A DNA stretch of 64,000 bases from Squalus acanthias. Taxonomy: Eukaryota. The notes below the pieces were generated by a model that saw nothing but the letters and a program-made list of their open reading frames with translations, was not told the origin of the DNA and made no database searches. How positions within the stretch are numbered: the first letter of the stretch is position 1; every line of letters starts with the position of its first letter. Positions 37,076 to 51,201 of this stretch are shown one piece after another. Both the position numbers and the translations under genes were made by a program. The stretch spans positions 65,970,001 through 66,034,000 of the forward strand of contig CM059432.1 in the NCBI GenBank assembly GCA_030390025.1, given 5' to 3'.

Positions 37076-38914
37076 TAAGAGAAAAATATGTTGAACAAAA
37101 CTGTATTGTGTACTAAAGCTGACATGATTTTGACTACTTATTGGACTATCATTCAACAATAAACCCCTTTCTAGCAGATTACTAAGAACATAGCAAATCA
37201 TTGTAAGTGCTGATCAATGCACATAACTTACAAATCATGTGGACTTTACACCCTCCATTTGACAAAAAGGCGCTAAAATAGAAGCTCAAGAAATTAGCGC
37301 GAAGTGCTGCATATCTTGGTTTCAGCCTGCCTTGAAGAAACCTGAGTCTTTGTTATATTTTATGGAGCTACCGTCTCGATGCTGAACTCGTCAGAGAATC
37401 TGCTCCTCTTTCTCCACTTGGCAATCTTCCAGGATTGTCCTGGAGTCTCGTGGAATTGAAGATTAATCTCCTGGACAGCGCTGCGAGCAACCCGGGAGAA
37501 AAATGTGTGTTTTTTAAAAATTCTTAGAACATTTTTGTTTATTAATTTTAACAATATTGGAGATGAGAAAAAGGGCTGTTTGACTGGGTGGGGTGGTTGG
37601 AGGTGGGAGGTCATATGATGAAACATCCAGGAAAACGTTCAACGAGAGTTGGCATCCCCATCGAACACAGAGGAAATATTTGTGCCTTAAAATCCTATTT
37701 TCTCAGCTATTCAACATAGAATTTGCCACTTTAGTGCACAAGAGAGGAAGCTACTAATATCTATGCACATAATTTGAAATATGCTTCCTTTGGTGTTAAT
37801 TGTTAAAAAGAATGACATCAATTTATATCTTGATGTAATGTAGGGCTTTTGTTCCCCTGGAAACAAGAATCCCTTTTAAAACAAAGCTTAGTTTGTGAGG
37901 TGGCCCACAACAGAGAGCATTTGGGTACTATCAATCAGTGCCATAGAGTGGGATTAATGTAGGTTTATTCCTTGCTTGATCTATTCACATTGAGTATATC
38001 CCATGCCTGATCTATCAGCAGCAGAGGCATCAATGCAGACAGCATCTGTGGAGAGCAGGAGGTTCTGACAAAAGGTCATCAACCTGAGGCTTTAACCCTA
38101 CCGTTCACTCTCCACAGATGCTGTCTGACCTGCTTTGTGTTTCCAACATTTTCTGGTTTTATTTTTGTTCTTTGAGCTAACTGCTATGAGATATTATAGA
38201 ATGACCTCAGGCTCCATCCTGTTTGCCCTCCTTTACTGTGGTGAAGCAGCTAACCTCCACTCTGTACTGTACCTCCCCAAATAGCACGGCCAAGATGAGG
38301 AATGTCAGATGTGAGAAACTGTACACAGCCTCATATTATGCCAATTCACAATGCAGCACATTTCTATACCACTGTTCTGTACAACAGAATTCGTTGAAGA
38401 GCAAATTATTTCTTTTACTGTTTTCCTGATGGGAGTGACTCATATTGGAATACAGTACCCTCTAGTGCAATTCTAAATCTGAGAGCCTCCGTCGTGAGTA
38501 TCTGCAGGCAATTTGACAATAGAGATTATTGAATCTGATCCCATCTTCCCTGCATATACAATATACAGCAAGCTTCACTAGAGAGTAACCAGGAGTGCAA
38601 ACCCTGGCTGATCTCCTCCCTCTCCAGATCATGGACACTGAAGCCAATAGTAGCATCTCTTGGTGCCCCAGCTGAGACTAAGTGACTCAGCAAGTACCAA
38701 CAGAGCCATTGGAGAAGCCCAGAGCAGAGCATTTATTAAGAATTTATTTTCAAATCATTCTTGTTGACTGAATATAATCTTTAGCATGCCAACAAAAAAA
38801 AATGACACTATCTCCCTCTGGTCAGCATGCCTCCTGTCAGTCACTCAAGCCTGACATTGACAACGGCCATGGAAAGATACAGGAAAATTATATAAAAGAG
38901 AGTTTAAAGCATAC

Positions 38915-38983
38915 TTCAGTTCCTGGGAGCTGGCTGCCATAAGACTCTTAAGGCTCTTGTCAGCCAAAGGACAACCAGACACA
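38915..38983 (-). CDS. ST18: ST18-like exon: SVSGCPLADKSLKSLMAASSQELK
   Basis: 69 nt with polypyrimidine tract, AG and gtatgc donor. Completes the preceding finger. Confidence 0.92.
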
Positions 38984-41042
38984 CTGCAAAAAGAAAGCAA
39001 ATATTTATTTTCCATTACCTTTCTGATTATATATTAATATTTTCTAAGCAAGAAAAAAATGTAATATGACCGAGAAACCTTATAACACATTTACCTGCCA
39101 ACAGAGAATCTTGCTTTTAGATTCAAACTATCCAATCAGATAACTGGATATTTGGTTCTGATTATTTCAATGGATATGTAATTTTTTTAAAATCCAATCA
39201 GAATAACGGATTTTGACATACTCGTTGACAGATTAAGTTGTTGCAGGTTATAGTTGACTTCATTACTGGCATTTCAGAATGATTCAAAACATTTAATTAG
39301 TAATGAACTGCTGAGTGAGTGGCTTAATGTACATCCTCCTGTCACCACTAACTACCTTTCAGAAATGTATTATGAGATGATACAGCATTATTTAACTTTC
39401 CTGCATAATTTATACTTTTGGCTTTAAATTTTAATAGAAGCTTATATTGAACTATTAAGATAAAGACAAGGGATATGTTCTGAAATTTCTGATTGGAAGC
39501 ATGTAATTTTGCATTACACAGTAATGTAAATTTGCAATTTGAAGTGCGTTAGATGCTAAATTGCCTCTAACTTTTCACCAGAACAATCAATCTCATGTAA
39601 AGGACACAGTTACCATGAAGACTAGCCAAATATATTTTTTAAAGAATCAGGTAATGAATATTTAGAAGAATGCATCTCTTAGTTTCCTCTACTTGATAAA
39701 TTATTGCAATCTGGGAAATGACAGAATAACATAGATGTAAGACTTGTGTCTCAATACCATGCCCACTCTTTGCTGTTGATATTGGAGGTACCAGTGTTTC
39801 AGCTGAGCACTAAGATTTTTTATTAAACCTGAACACATTTTTTTAACTCTGTCTGTAAAACTGCACAAAGGTCTGTATAAAATCACATGCTAGCACAAAC
39901 TTGGGCCCAACACAACACAACAAAAACGCATTTTTACCATGCAAATGAATATTAACTTGGGCTGGTCTTTTATACATTATGTGTGTTTTAATAATGATGT
40001 TCATAAATATCACAGTTTTTTTATTGCTTATAGAAACAGATTGAGGAGGTTTCCATCTACTGGGAAAAACCCCATATTTGTGACTTTTCCTACAATGGAT
40101 AAACTCCAAGAGAAAATTCAATTTAAATCGCTTAAGATTCAGATGTAGTTCCTTTAAAACCACAAACATGCTATATTATTGCAGTGTGTCCAGTTAGATA
40201 AGCACAACAGTCACATGAGACATTTTGAAAACAAATATGCAGCTTACTAGAGAGCAGTTTTTAATTTAGCCACAAACTGCAGGCCAATTTTCTGTTTTTA
40301 AAAGATACAGTTGCTGGCAAAACACATAATGCAGAAATTATGCATATTCTGTGCAAATTATTTTTATAATTTGTGATCCAGGCTGCAGTTATCTACACTA
40401 GTGTCTGAGCGCATTGGCTGTAGAGCGTAAGATGTTATTAGCAAGACTGGAGTTAAATCGCTGTTTGTAACTTGCACCTTGTCCATCAGCACCATACCTT
40501 GTACCCCTGTGCTTACATGCATATGCAGAGCTGTACCCCTGGCCAGTAAATGTTGAATATTTTCAGCACACAGATGGGAGTGTCCACTTTCTTAAAACAT
40601 AAAAAAACTCTACAGCAAATTTACAAAAGATCCAGGAGGTACAACTGACCCCATGAACACTTGCGAGATGACCTTCCCAAGGGGATGTCACATCACTGCT
40701 TACAGTCGGATCAGGACCTGACTGCAATTATACTGTTATTTTTGTATCACTGTAAATGGAAACTGCTTTGTAATGAGGCAAAAGTGACTGTACAATTGCA
40801 CCCTGAGTGTACAAAATTCATCCTGTTTTGAAAGCCTAACTCTCCCACATAGGAGGATATACTGCAGCTCGAAAAAAATAAGCACCTCTGGCACATGCAC
40901 AATGAAAGTGTAGGGAGAAAATCAACACATAACAATGTAACTGAACATTGCAGTAAAACTTGCTAAAGTGTCATTGGTTTATACACTATTAATTCACTGC
41001 TTCTCATGGGTGGTGGGAGTGAGGAAAACTGCTTTCACATAC

Positions 41043-41105
41043 CTGCGGTGTGATGCGTAATTTCCAGTCACATGGCCACTACCATCACATCCTGGGGTTG
41101 GGCAA
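41043..41105 (-). CDS. ST18: ST18-like exon: C2HC zinc finger [20 protein letters not shown]
   Basis: 63 nt, AG/GT ends, phase 2-2. Canonical CCHHC finger. Confidence 0.93.
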
Positions 41106-41847
41106 CTATAAAAGAGCATAAGCACAAAAAGATGGTCAGATCAACAGCTCTAGCAACAATAAGAGCAGATCTAGGCATTCAAGTAGATCATCATTTAAGT
41201 CAAGAATACCCGTGCTTTTGTGTTCAGGGGATGTGGTTAAGTCTCAGTTTCGCTACAAAGAGTCACCTCTTGAATTGTAATTTGACATACATTATTATTG
41301 TGCTTAAAGGGTAACTCCAAACTCTGAACAACTAATATTTTGTTAAGATTCTTCAGGAAAACCTTTGTAACCAGTTATTACACAGAACATTTGCTACCTG
41401 TTAATGGTTATCTTACACTATAGAAAAGGGAAATAAATGTAAATCAGGAGGCTTCCTATGTAAACAAGCAGCACGAGATTCTGGCAATGGTTTCTAGTGA
41501 TAGCTTCACAATAATTAATGGTGCTGTTAGTAAGTAGAGGCGATCATTTTGAAAGAAAGAAGAAATAAATAAATAAAGAAACAAAAAAAGACTTGCATTT
41601 ATATAGCACCTTTCATGACCTCAGGACATTGCAAAACACTTTACAGCCAATGAAGTACTTTTGAAATGTACTCATTGTTGTAGGGAAATGCTGCAGCCAA
41701 TTTTCACACAGCGAGGTCCCACAAACAGCAATGAAATAATGACTAGATAATCTGTTCATCTGGTGATGATTGGTGGAGGGATAAATATTAGCCAGGACAT
41801 CGGGAGAACTCCCCTCCTCTTCTTCAAGTAGTGGCATGGGATCTTTT

Positions 41848-44800
41848 GGCCAGAATCTTCACCTTGGAGTCGGGTTTTGTGCATGCGGGGTGCATAGTGG
41901 GTCGGGAAGGCGGTGTTCTGAGCAGCGCGTTGTTCAGAGCGACTTTAACTTAATGGCCCCAATTGAAAGGCTCATCGCATTTCCCGGCCCAATTAAATGG
42001 AGCGGGTCTGATGACGTCATCGATGACCCGTTTCCAGTGCCGTCTGCACACATCTCATTTGAAGGTTGATGGAGTGTGGAAGGTCATTTGCAGAGCTCTG
42101 GCTACTATTACCAAGGTGAAAAAAGTATCACTCATGGATGCACAAGGCACAGGGCGGCATCAAGCGATGCATCCCTTCATATTTTGGTGCAGGCAGTGAG
42201 AGCACGCAGGGAGGTTCTGTTCATAGAAACATAGAATCTAGGAGCAGGAGTAGGCCATTCGGCCCGTCGAGCCTGCTCCACCATTCAATACGATCATGGC
42301 TGTTGGCATAAAAGATCACCCAAAGAAACCAAAATAGCATGGTCAGAAATCACAGAAGAGGTCAGCAGCAGGGATGTTGTCAGGATGACGTGGATCCACT
42401 GCTGCAAGAGATTCAATGATCTCGTGAGGTCAGGAAAGATGAGTGCAATGCCACACTCACCTTCATCCTGATGTGCCTGTCACCATATCTCCATCACTCT
42501 GCCTTCCCAAGCCTACTCCTGCATGTCACTCATCACACCAACATACCTTGCACATTCACCCATCCTTCTCTGTCTATATACATGCTCACATCCCCATCTG
42601 ACTAACCACCCTTGACACTCACCCTCATCCTAATGCAATCATAGCAAGTAACACCAAAGAAGCAGGCCATTTGGCATTGGCACCCCACTCCCTCATAGTC
42701 ACCATGTACAGATGTAACCCATTCATTCCTCACACTCATTCCATCACTCTCACTCAAAGTTCTCTTCTTCCCCTCCTTGCAGGAGAAGAGAGCCCAGAAC
42801 AATAGGGAGAAACAGAGAACTGGAGGTGGCCCGTCAGTATTCACACAATTGACTCCAGCAGAGGAGGATGCCCTGGAGATTTCTCGAGTTGCAGAGCTGC
42901 TGGCAGTGGGAGACAGAGAGAGGGGGACTTCCCAGCAACCTGCTGACAGAATTACATCTAATTAAGCCACATGGCATACGGCAGTCACTCATATGGTGAC
43001 TGATGTCAGCAGCCAGTGAATTTTGCAGTAAATGTTACCCATTCTTAATATAAAACTTCTAAATCATCTCTTTACTTTCCTACAGATCCATCAAGTGCCC
43101 CCCCCCCCCCCTCCACTGTCCAGCCGGAGGAGGAAGACAACTCCTCAAAGGAAACTCCAGTCTCTGAGGGTGCAGTGTCAGCAGACCCAACGCACCCAGC
43201 ACCAGCGCAGCGCACCTCGGTGGGTCCTGTGAGAGTTAGAGTAGTGTTGTCACCTGGTGTCTCATAATTCACAAGTGAGCAAGAGCAGTTGGTGTTGACA
43301 GGGACAGCAGTGGAGAGTCCTCTCCGGAGGGTGCAGGACGCTCCCAGCTCTGCTGAGCTGCATGCAGACGCTGAGCCTCGGGGGCCATCCAGAAAGAGGG
43401 TGATCTTGGAGGGGCAGCAACAATTGCATGAGGCTCTGGCAGCTTTTACAGCTGTGATGTCTGCAAATGTGCAGAGAATGGAGGAGTCCATCGCCAACAT
43501 GAGCACCTCCATGTCGCAGGTGATGGCGACGATGTGCTCTTCCATGGAAAGGATGGCCACCTGCATGGAGCAGCAAATGCACCACTCACATGAGCACATG
43601 CTAGCTGTGGACAACAGATGGCAGGCGCTCATAGACCTCCTTTCAAGGAGGGATGTAAACGTAGACTTGGGCCGTCATTGCCCACTGCTGTGCAGCAGGG
43701 TGCTCGCCAGCTCCTTGCTAGCAGGCAAGTGCAGGTAGCCCATGAGAGGGATGATGGTGAGAGGGATCATGGAAGTGGGGGCTCTGCTCAAAGTGCTCCC
43801 ACTTCTCCCCCGTTACCTCCCCCTCAGTCAGAGCCCCACATGCTTCCTTGGATCCCGATGGCCGAGTCTGCCTCTGCACAGTTGCAGGAGGAGCAGACTT
43901 TGGCGGGGCCATCACAGGCTCCAAAACCCAGAGGACGTCCACCAAAAGTGTCGCAGCAGGGAAGGGAGCAGCCTGCCTCCACCTGTGCTGAAGCCACAGG
44001 GGTTGCACCTCATAGAAGCACTTGGAAAAGAAAAAAGACACAAAAGTAGATGCACAAGGGTATGTACATGGGTGTATGAACAAATGTTAGTGTTAAGTTT
44101 CAGTTATTTTTATGGCACAGATAAATGTATTTCTTTGCACCATTTTCCAGTCTTGTCCATTTTTGCTTGCTACCTTGGAAGTAGTTTTGTCACTTGAAGC
44201 AATTCAGCCCTGTGCTGGCCCCCTCTCTCCTGTGGAGCATCAGGTCATTGAGGAGAAGGCTGCTGTTGTGGTTGCTGCTGCTGCTGGTGCTGCTGGTGTT
44301 GTTGGTGCTGGGGCTCAACTTGGTCCGATTCTGAGGTCCAGGTTGAAACAGCATAAACAGCACCCATGCTGATGTAATAGATGGCAGGTCTTGTCGAGAT
44401 CAGAGGCCCAATCCCTCAATGTTGTGAAAGTGACTAGCAATGTGGTGAGAGTGGCTTCCGAGGTTACAGAAAAGACCTCAAAACTGCTGACAGCTAAATC
44501 TCTGCACAAAATGAAGTCAGCAAGAGCCTTTCCATTAGCCATGTAATCAGGTTTTATGTGGGAATATTTATGTGTTTTTCCCAGCTCTCAATTAATGCCC
44601 TCGCACAATGGCCACTGAGCTTCTGCCTCCCCTTCATAGGCAAGGTTCCCGAGTTGTGTGATACCCGTGCTCCTGAAGTTAAAGCCTAAAGGTGTTAAAA
44701 ACCCTCTAAAGAGTCTCTCAACAAGCAGTGTCTGTGGTGAGTTGGGAAACACGCCCGAGTTAAATACAAAAGTCGGCGGGATGATGGCGGGTTCCCGACG

Positions 44801-44876
44801 CGCTGGCAATTTTGGCGATTTTTACTGCTGACCTGCCCCCCAAATCCGCACACTCAGCAACGGGAAATTTCCGGCC
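41848..44876 (+). mobile_element. PIF/Harbinger element copy 3: decayed Myb gene (42137-44049), transposase reduced to its N-terminus
   Basis: TIRs ggccagaatcttc and gaaatttccggcc, with TTT TSD. Splits a minus-strand SINE (41590-41847 and 44877-44992). Confidence 0.85.
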
Positions 44877-46144
44877 TTTATGTTCACCTGAGAGAGCAGA
44901 TAAGTCCTCAGTTTAACATCTCATCTGAAAGATGGCATCTCATCTGAAAGATGACAGTGCACATTCCCTCAGCACTGCACTAAAGTGTCAGCCGTGAAAC
45001 TTGTTTCTCCTGTTCCGATGAAATGCTGACATAAATTAGCACTCAGAACTGAAAGTAAGTCAAATTTTCTGTATATCAACCACATGTTGGTTGGAGCCCA
45101 GAGTTTCCCTTCAATTCAGCCTTGTGCAACCCCAGCAATACCCATAATTTCACTGCACAGCATGATTTATGGACATGGCAGTGCTGCAGAGTTAAGTTAG
45201 AAACTTTTACAAACACTTTTTGCCTATTTGCTTTGTGAGTATACAAGTTTGGTATAATTCGGTTACTGGGTTATTTGTCCATTTTTTTAATCCCTCAAAC
45301 ACTCTGCCAATCCAAGTCTGCAGCACAGAGAAAGAACTGGGCTTTACTGAGAGTTAAGAGATGTTGAAGGAAAAAAAAGTGTTTGACACATAGGTAACTG
45401 ATCTTCTTGGAGATAGCTTTAGCAATTGAAATGTGGAGTTCTATTGAGACCATGAGTGAAGAATTAATAGAAAAGGGTTATTGAAAAATCATTAAAGCTA
45501 AGAGGTGATACCTGTCAGTTAAACTTGTAAAAGGCATGAATAAACTACCTTTGAAGAACTGAAAGAAACAAGATTTCACTGCTCCATCAAAGGGCATGGA
45601 TTTAAGCATTTCAACTATGGCACAATGGGAGAAGTAGAAATTGTGAGCATCAACAGAATGCAATCTATTGGAAGTTGATGACTGTAGATGAGATAGGGTT
45701 GAATGGTGATTGCAAAGTTTCTGGCATAGTGATAGAATATGCCCCTAACACATAGTGCATATTGACAAAAAAACTAAAATTACCTTGGATGATTCTTGGT
45801 TTGCAGTATTGTATTTTTCCCATTAAAATAAAAATACTAGAGTTGGCATATTGCAACATCTTTAGTGTATGGAACATTAAAACAAAATTCAATGGTGCAT
45901 AGAATGATGCAAAAAGTGCACGCAAGCGATTTTCACTCCATTCACATATCATTATAATATTAATGAGGACACAAGGCATTACTTTCCTCCTCAGCAAGAA
46001 GGCACTTAAATGGCAGTTTAGAATAGAAATGCCACAACACAAGTGGAAGTTACACATGTGCAGCATAATTTTTTTTGACAGAAGATTTGAAATCCTTCCA
46101 CTTTCTCCCCAGTTCTCTTGCTTTGCCAAATCACATCATTCAGT

Positions 46145-46302
46145 GGGGGTAGATCTTAACTTTGTGTGATACGGTAAAATGGCTGATAGCGATCGGCAGC
46201 CCGTTTTACTTCAATGGAAATAAAAATCGGGAGAGATGTAAAACGGGCTGCCGATTCGCTATCAGCCATTTTACACTATTGCCCAAAGTCAAAATTACCC
46301 CC
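46145..46302. mobile_element. Small palindromic MITE (related copies near 4578-4750 and 54144-54325)
   Basis: Long TIR gtaaaatggctgatagcga-tcggcagcccgttttac and its reverse complement. Confidence 0.75.
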
Positions 46303-46380
46303 ATTAAGTTTTATAACCTGCAATGTTCATATATTAATTAAATGATAAGTGCAAGCTGTTGAGATAAGTCATGAACTTAC

Positions 46381-46496
46381 GTTATTAGCTCCTTCTTAGA
46401 GTCTTTGCTTGGAATTTTGGACTGAGGACTTGGAATAGTAACCTCACCAGGATATCTCCTCTCTTCCATACTTTCCTCTGGGCCAACGTCTTCTTT
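46381..46496 (-). CDS. ST18: ST18-like exon: [39 protein letters not shown]
   Basis: Acceptor gatcacag and donor gtaagt, 116 nt, phase 0 to 2. [14 protein letters not shown] and KKELIT motifs. Confidence 0.9.
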
Positions 46497-46589
46497 CTGT
46501 GATCATAATAAACCAAATAATAAATATATACATTGGAGTAGAGTTTCCACTTTGGGTGCAATCGGTGAGTCTGGCGCAAATAGCGAACC

Positions 46590-48490
46590 GTTGTTTAATA
46601 AGGGAGAAAGGGATAGACCGAGTAATTACAGGCCAGTCAGCCTAACCTCGGTGGTGGGCAAATTATTGGAAAAAATTCTGAGGGACAGTATAAATCGCCA
46701 TTTAGAAAGGCACGGATTAATCAAGGACAGTCAGAATGGATTTGTTAAGGGAAGGTCGTGTCTGGCTAACTTGAATTAATTTTTTGAGGAGGTAACAAGG
46801 AGGGTTGTTGAGGGTAGCACGTTTGATGTAGTCTACAGGGATTTTAGCAAGGCTTTTGACAAGGTCCTACATGGTCGGACTGGTCAGAAAAGTAAAAGTC
46901 CATGGGATCCAGGGAAAGTGGCTCAGTGGCAAGAAGCAAAGGGTAATGTCGACGGGTGTTTTTGTGAATGGAAAGCTGTTTCCAGTGAGGTTCCGCAGGG
47001 CTCCGTACTAGGTCCCTTGCTTTTTGTGGTATATATCAATGATTTAGACTTCAATGTAGGGGGCATGATTACAAGGTTTGCAAATGATACAAAAATTGGC
47101 CGAGTAGTTGTTAGTGAGGACGAAAGCTATAGACTGCAGGAAGATATTGATGGACTGGTCAGGTGGGCAGAAAAGTGGCAAATGGAATTCAATTGGGGAA
47201 GTGTGAGGTAATGCATTTGGGGAGGGCTAACAAGGCAAGGGAATACACAATAAATGGTAGGATACTGAGAAGTGTAGAGGAACAGAGGGACCTGGAGTGC
47301 ATGTCCACAGATCCCTGAAGGTAGCAGGACAGTTAGATAAGGTGGTTAAGAAGGCAAACAGGATATCTTCCTTTATTAGCTGAGGCATAGAATATAAGAA
47401 AAGGGAGGTTATGCTTGAACTGTATAAAACTGTATGCAGTTCTGGTCACCACATTACAGGAAAGATGTGATTGCACTAGAGAGGGTACAGAGGACATTTA
47501 CGAGGATGTTGCCAGGACTGGAGAATTTTAGCTATCAGGAAAGATTGGAGAGGCTGGGATTGTTTTCTTTGGAACAGAGGAGGCTGAGCGGAGACTTGAT
47601 TGAGGTGTATAAAATCATGAGGGGCCTAGATAGAGTGGATAGAAAGAACCTATTTCCCCTTGCAGAGAGTTCAATAACCAGGGGACATAGATTTAAAGTA
47701 ATTGGTAGAAGGATTAGGGGGAAGTTGAGAAGAAATGTTTTAACCCAGAGGGTGGTGGGGGTCTGGAACTCACTGCCTGAAAGGGTGGTAGAGGCAGAAA
47801 CCTTCATCACATTTAAAAAGTACTTGGATCGGTACAGCAAGCAATTAGGAAAGCAAACAGTATGTTAGCCTTTATTACAAAAGGATTGGAGTATAAGAGT
47901 AAAGAAGTCATACTGCAATTATTTAGGGCCTTGGTGAGACCACACCTGGAGTATTGTGTACAGTTTTGGTCTCCTTACCTAAGGAGGGATATACTTGCCT
48001 TAGAGGAGTGCAACGAAGATTCACTGGACTGATTCCTGGGATTGGGGGATTGTCCTATGAGAACGGATTGAGTAGACTAGGCCTATATTCCCTAGAGTTT
48101 AGAAGAATGAGAGGTGATCTCATTGAAATGTATAAAGTACTTAAGGGGTTTGACAGGGTAGATGCTGGGAGGGTGTTTCCCCTGGCTAGGGAGTCTAGAA
48201 CTAAGGGTCACGGTCTCAGAATAAGGGGTCGGCCATTTAGGATTTAGATGAGGAGAAATTTCTTCACTCAATGGGTTGTGAATCTCTACCCCAGAGGGCT
48301 GTGGATGCTCAGTCATTGAGTATAATCAAGACAGAGATCAATAGATTTTGGATACTAAGGGAATCAAGGAATATGGAATAGTGTGGGAAGGTCGAGTTGT
48401 TGTAGAAGATCAGCCATGATCCTATTGAATGGCGGAGCAGGGTCGAAGGGCTGAATGGCCTATTCCTGCTCCAATTTCTTATGCTCTTAT
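46590..48490 (+). mobile_element. Two tandem CR1 fragments (junction near 47830)
   Basis: RT motifs, with the C-terminal region present twice in different subfamily versions. Confidence 0.85.
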
Positions 48491-48630
48491 GAGGGTAGCA
48501 GTATATGGGCAAATCGGCAAAGTGTGTTAACATATTGTACTTAATCTATGGTACAAGTATCCTATAAAATGGCAACAGCTTTGTTCTCCAATATATGTGG
48601 AGCACATTCTGGTGGTCTAAAAAGAAAAAA

Positions 48631-48945
48631 AGACTTGGATTTATATAGTGCCTTTCATGACCTCAGGACTTCGCAAAGCGCTTTACAGCCAATAAAGTAC
48701 TTTTGAAGTGTAGTCACTGTTGTAATGTAGGAAACGCAGCAGCCAATTTGCGCACAGCAAGGTCCCACAAATAGCAATGAAATAAATGACCAGATGATCT
48801 GTTTTAGGTGTTAGTTGATGGATAAATGTTGGCCAGGACACTGGAAGAACTCCCCAGCTCTTCTGCGAATAGTGCTATGGGTTCTTTTACGTTCACCTGA
48901 AAGGGCCGACAGGGCCTCGGTTTAACGCCTCATCCAAAAGACAAA
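48631..48945 (-). mobile_element. Deu-domain SINE, 5'-truncated
   Basis: Reverse complement of the 35800-36135 core and tail. Confidence 0.78.
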
Positions 48946-49233
48946 TCCAGGTCCAGTTATTAGTGGAAATCAATCCAACCCAAATGACCAATCCAAACCT
49001 GATACAATTTGGCAATCTCACTGTGACATATCAAAAATAAGGAGAAGAGAAAAACTTTCTCCCTTATCTTATTTCAATGAAAAGTAGATATTTGCATAAA
49101 ATGTAGAACTCTGCTTTATACTCATGTTTACATTCTTGCTAAGTAAACAGAGGAATATACACCCCCAGAATGTAATTCCTCTGTCAAATTCTATGCATTG
49201 ATGTATGACCTTGTAACTACCATAGAAACACAT

Positions 49234-50069
49234 CGGGGGGAATTTAATCAATGGGAGCGCGTTGGAGGCGGGACTGCTGCTTGTCGGGTTTCAGTCCCGC
49301 CCCCAATGACGTCCGGCCAACCCATGCTATTTTCCCTTGATTGACCTTGTTAAGCCCGCCCTGCGAGCTTAGCCAGCCAATTAAGGGAAAGCCGGTGACA
49401 GAGAACGTCAGTGTATGATGTTTCATCTGTTGAAAATTTTTGACAGATGAATTGTCATCGTTTGACAGCTTTGAGAAGCCATCAAACACTGACAATCTCT
49501 GTTCTTTGGAAAGTCCTTGTACTCAAGACTCAACAAACCTCTTTCCTGAGCAGAAATCAGATGGCTGTTGCATCGGAGAATGCAGCAGCCATTCTGCCAT
49601 CTCTGCCGTGGAGATGCGGGAGTCTCCAGTTCCCCAAGGGTTGAAGCCTGCAGGAGGAAACAAAGGTAAGGAAACTTTTTCTAACACTTTTCACTCACCT
49701 CTCCACACTTGCACCCATCACTCACCTCCACAGCGCACTTTTCGAACCCTCTGACGCCTGCAGACCCACTTTGCTTGCGTCGCTGACCCTGGCGGGGTTT
49801 CCCAACGTCGGGAAGTCCTGCACTTGTGTTGGTAAAATGGGGATAAGCCTCATACCTGCCTGTTAACTACCTGTTAACAGGCAGTTAAGTGGCTGTAATC
49901 CCCTTCCCGCCTCGAGGAGACAGGTCCCAGCGTGAGTCGGGGACCCGCCTCCTGGGAAGATGGCACGGAGGTGGGTTGGGAGCGGGTTCGGTACCCGCTC
50001 CCAGTTTCTGCCATTTTCCCGGCAGTCCTGCCTCCAAACCCGCCTCCCCAAGGCTGGCAAAATTCCCCC
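49234..50069. mobile_element. Harbinger-type non-autonomous element
   Basis: Ends ggggggaattt and aaattccccc, probable CAT TSD. Confidence 0.65.
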
Positions 50070-50075
50070 CATGAA

Positions 50076-50840
50076 GTCAGAATTTACTGTAACCGGTGAA
50101 TGAATGGCACCTGCTATTCGTTCGACTTGCCTTTGCACATTTAATTTCCAGGAGCTTTTGCACAGCAAGTTGCTGCAAGTGGAATGGCGCAGCGCATTCT
50201 ACAGGCGATCTGGAACCTGTGTGAACAGGGCAAGCAACTGTGTACCTTTAACCAATCAGATTGAAGAATCGTTAATGAAAAGCGCAGAGTCCGAACCAGG
50301 AAGTGTAAGTTAGAATATTTAATTCAATGTCAAATCAAGTACAGAAAGCAAAATAAACAAAGAGAAAGAAAGATTGGATTATGAGAGAAAAAAGCAACAG
50401 AAAGAAGTAAAACACATTTTTTTATCTAATTAAAAAAAAAATCTCCAACAACAATTAAAAGTTCAAGGACTGAGACTCCACACTTGTAAAAGTGAATTTT
50501 CTGTGCTAGAGAGGTTGCTTGGCAGTAATTAAGACTTATCATGCTGTGGAAAAGGGTACTTAGACGGAAATGGACAAGCGCTAACTTTCTATGGTGAGTT
50601 TAGTCCATACCTACGACATAAGTACAGGAACTTCACGTTGTACAATACATTTGAATGGGCAGCCAGATGGCGAGATGCTGTTTTGCGCAGCTTACGGAGG
50701 AGCGGTGCATCTCGGACAGCACTTACGGATTTTCGCGTTTAACTGCGCATCTGTGTTCACCTGAAGTTGCTGTCCGATTTGTGCATAAATAATAGTGAGC
50801 TCCGTTAGCCTTACCATTATCTTTACAATAAATTCTGTCC
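50076..50840. mobile_element. Non-autonomous TIR element
   Basis: Ends gtcagaatttactgtaa and ttacaataaattctgtcc. Confidence 0.55.
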
Positions 50841-51201
50841 CAACATACTACAATTTAATCTGATATGCAAATATATATATTTTTTAAAATGGTAATTCTG
50901 CGATCCAGCACTTCGAGTGGGAAGTAGTAGTCACAGGGAAACTGGGAAAATGAATAGATGGAACGTAATGGACTGCAGCCGCAATTTCCAGACTTGGATC
51001 CCTACATACACCACTCTCTGCTGGGAGCAACAGATCACAGAATCACCACAAAAATCCTTTGCTTTCCCAACCCAGGCTTTCATAGCAAAGGATATTTCTG
51101 TTAATAGTTAAAATTTAGTTGACACAAAAGTGGCCAACCACGGCAACTCACATTTATATACGGCCTACATAAATTATCAAAAAGAAATCCTTCTGAGTTA
51201 C

